A stretch of DNA of 64,000 nucleotides, taken from contig OZ024745.1 of assembly GCA_964016885.1 (NCBI GenBank), positions 29,326,001-29,390,000 of the forward strand, in the 5' to 3' direction. Position 1 is the stretch's first letter, and every line of letters starts with the position of its first letter. The position numbers were made by a program, and so were the translations under genes. The DNA is from Eledone cirrhosa (Eukaryota). Of this stretch, positions 63,008 to 64,000 are shown in pieces. The notes below the pieces were generated by a model, which saw nothing but the letters and a program-made list of their open reading frames with translations, ran no database searches and was not told the DNA's origin.

Positions 63008-63164
63008 AATATATGAACAACCATCCGGAAATTTATAATAAATTGAAGTGAAAGCAACTAGTGTGTGTGTTTCTTACTGGCAACATGACCCTCTCAAAGT
63101 ATAACAATATCGGTTTCAACACGTTTTCAGATAAAGAATCTTGCTAAACAAATTCAGAAACGAA

Positions 63165-63323
63165 ATATATACATACATATATACATATATATATATACAT
63201 ATATACAAATATATACATACATATATATATACATACATATATACATATATACATATATACACATACATATATACATATACATACATACATACATATACAT
63301 ACATATATATATATACATACATC

Positions 63324-63357
<34 letters not shown>

Positions 63358-63359
63358 CA

Positions 63360-63395
<36 letters not shown>

Positions 63396-63437
63396 CATAT
63401 ATATATATATACATACATATATATATACATACATATA
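63165..63437. repeat. (TA)/(TACA) microsatellite
   Basis: Direct inspection. Confidence 0.9.
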
Positions 63438-63586
63438 TCATCATCATCATCATTTAACGTCCATCTTCCACGCTTGCATGGGTTTGGACGGGAGGTTTTC
63501 CACTTGAGGCAAGATTTGTTGTCCTGCTCGTATAGGACTGTCTGGCAGGTTTTCTACGGCTGGATGCCCTTCCTAACACCAACCAC
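63438..63586 (-). mobile_element. RTE 3'-UTR/tail fragment
   Basis: Matches the 3' ends of the elements at 42558 and 51298, including GTTAGGAAGGGCATCCAGCCGTAG. Confidence 0.82.
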
Positions 63587-63703
63587 ATAATGTGTGGTGA
63601 CAGTCAAGTTTACAATTTTCAACTGACAGTTGAAAATTGCAAACGTGACTGTCACCACACATTATGAACCTGAAGGTTGCGAAAGCATGAAAGTACTTGT
63701 TCA
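63586..63703 (+). ncRNA. 40-bp-arm palindrome followed directly by a minimal hammerhead motif
   Basis: CATAATGTGTGGTGACAGTCA…CAACTG-a-CAGTTG…TGACTGTCACCACACATTATG, then TGAAC-CTGAAGG-TTGC(gaaa)GCAT-GAAAGTACTT-GTTCA. Confidence 0.6.
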
Positions 63704-63889
63704 ATTAACACTTAACATTTAATATTCCACCATACTATTTCATTCTAATACCATTATAAATTTTAAAGGATTGTAAATAAAACGAGTAAATCAAACAATA
63801 TTAATATAATCTTCTATACACACTCATACACACCCATTATTAATATAATCTTCTATATACACTCATACACACCCGTGTATATTTATCTA

Positions 63890-63932
<43 letters not shown>

Positions 63933-64000
63933 GCATAAACACACAGAGTATACAAAAAGTCACTGAATTTATTTCAATAAATCAGATCTATATAAGCAAG

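Larger units (their letters stand above)
61502..63060 (+). mobile_element. Decayed 5'-truncated Penelope-like retroelement (RT C-terminus + GIY-YIG endonuclease + 3' hammerhead), interrupted by a SINE
   Basis: LPVLDTEV…[16 protein letters not shown]…TKINIL (RT thumb region). NCKTRNIVYSIRC…YIGETAHSIRERLNEH…SVLHQH (GIY-YIG). After the SINE the frame resumes INELQPKLNRKHEWN. Confidence 0.87.

Overview
Repeat-rich eukaryotic (animal) genomic DNA. The SINE families, RTE LINEs and dense (TA)n/(CA)n tracts suggest a cephalopod such as Octopus; this is inference, not a database result. Only one host gene is supported: three frame-compatible GT-AG exons on the + strand (26303-26359, 30334-30843, 55587-55653). 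Together they encode a luminal region plus a single transmembrane helix (…GYIPMHDIYFI|AIIAGCSVAGFVGIIVAAVCWY…) resembling NPDC1/CAB-1. The first ~41 kb is mostly tandem DNA: 22-, 21-, 42- (18.4 kb), 30- and 32-bp minisatellites and trinucleotide arrays. These produce almost all of the long ORFs in the track, which are artefacts. From ~42.5 kb onward there is a nest of mobile elements joined by (TA)n. It includes a near full-length RTE LINE with one frameshift, several truncated RTEs, an internally deleted Helitron, a decayed Penelope-like element, tRNA-derived SINEs and several hammerhead-ribozyme-like motifs, some of them in long palindromes. Main points of interest: a PHD finger inserted within the RTE reverse transcriptase, a tandem 404-bp monomer 5' end on the RTE, modular 3' ends shared between SINEs and LINEs, and palindrome-plus-hammerhead elements. 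Coordinates were read by eye and may be off by a few bases.
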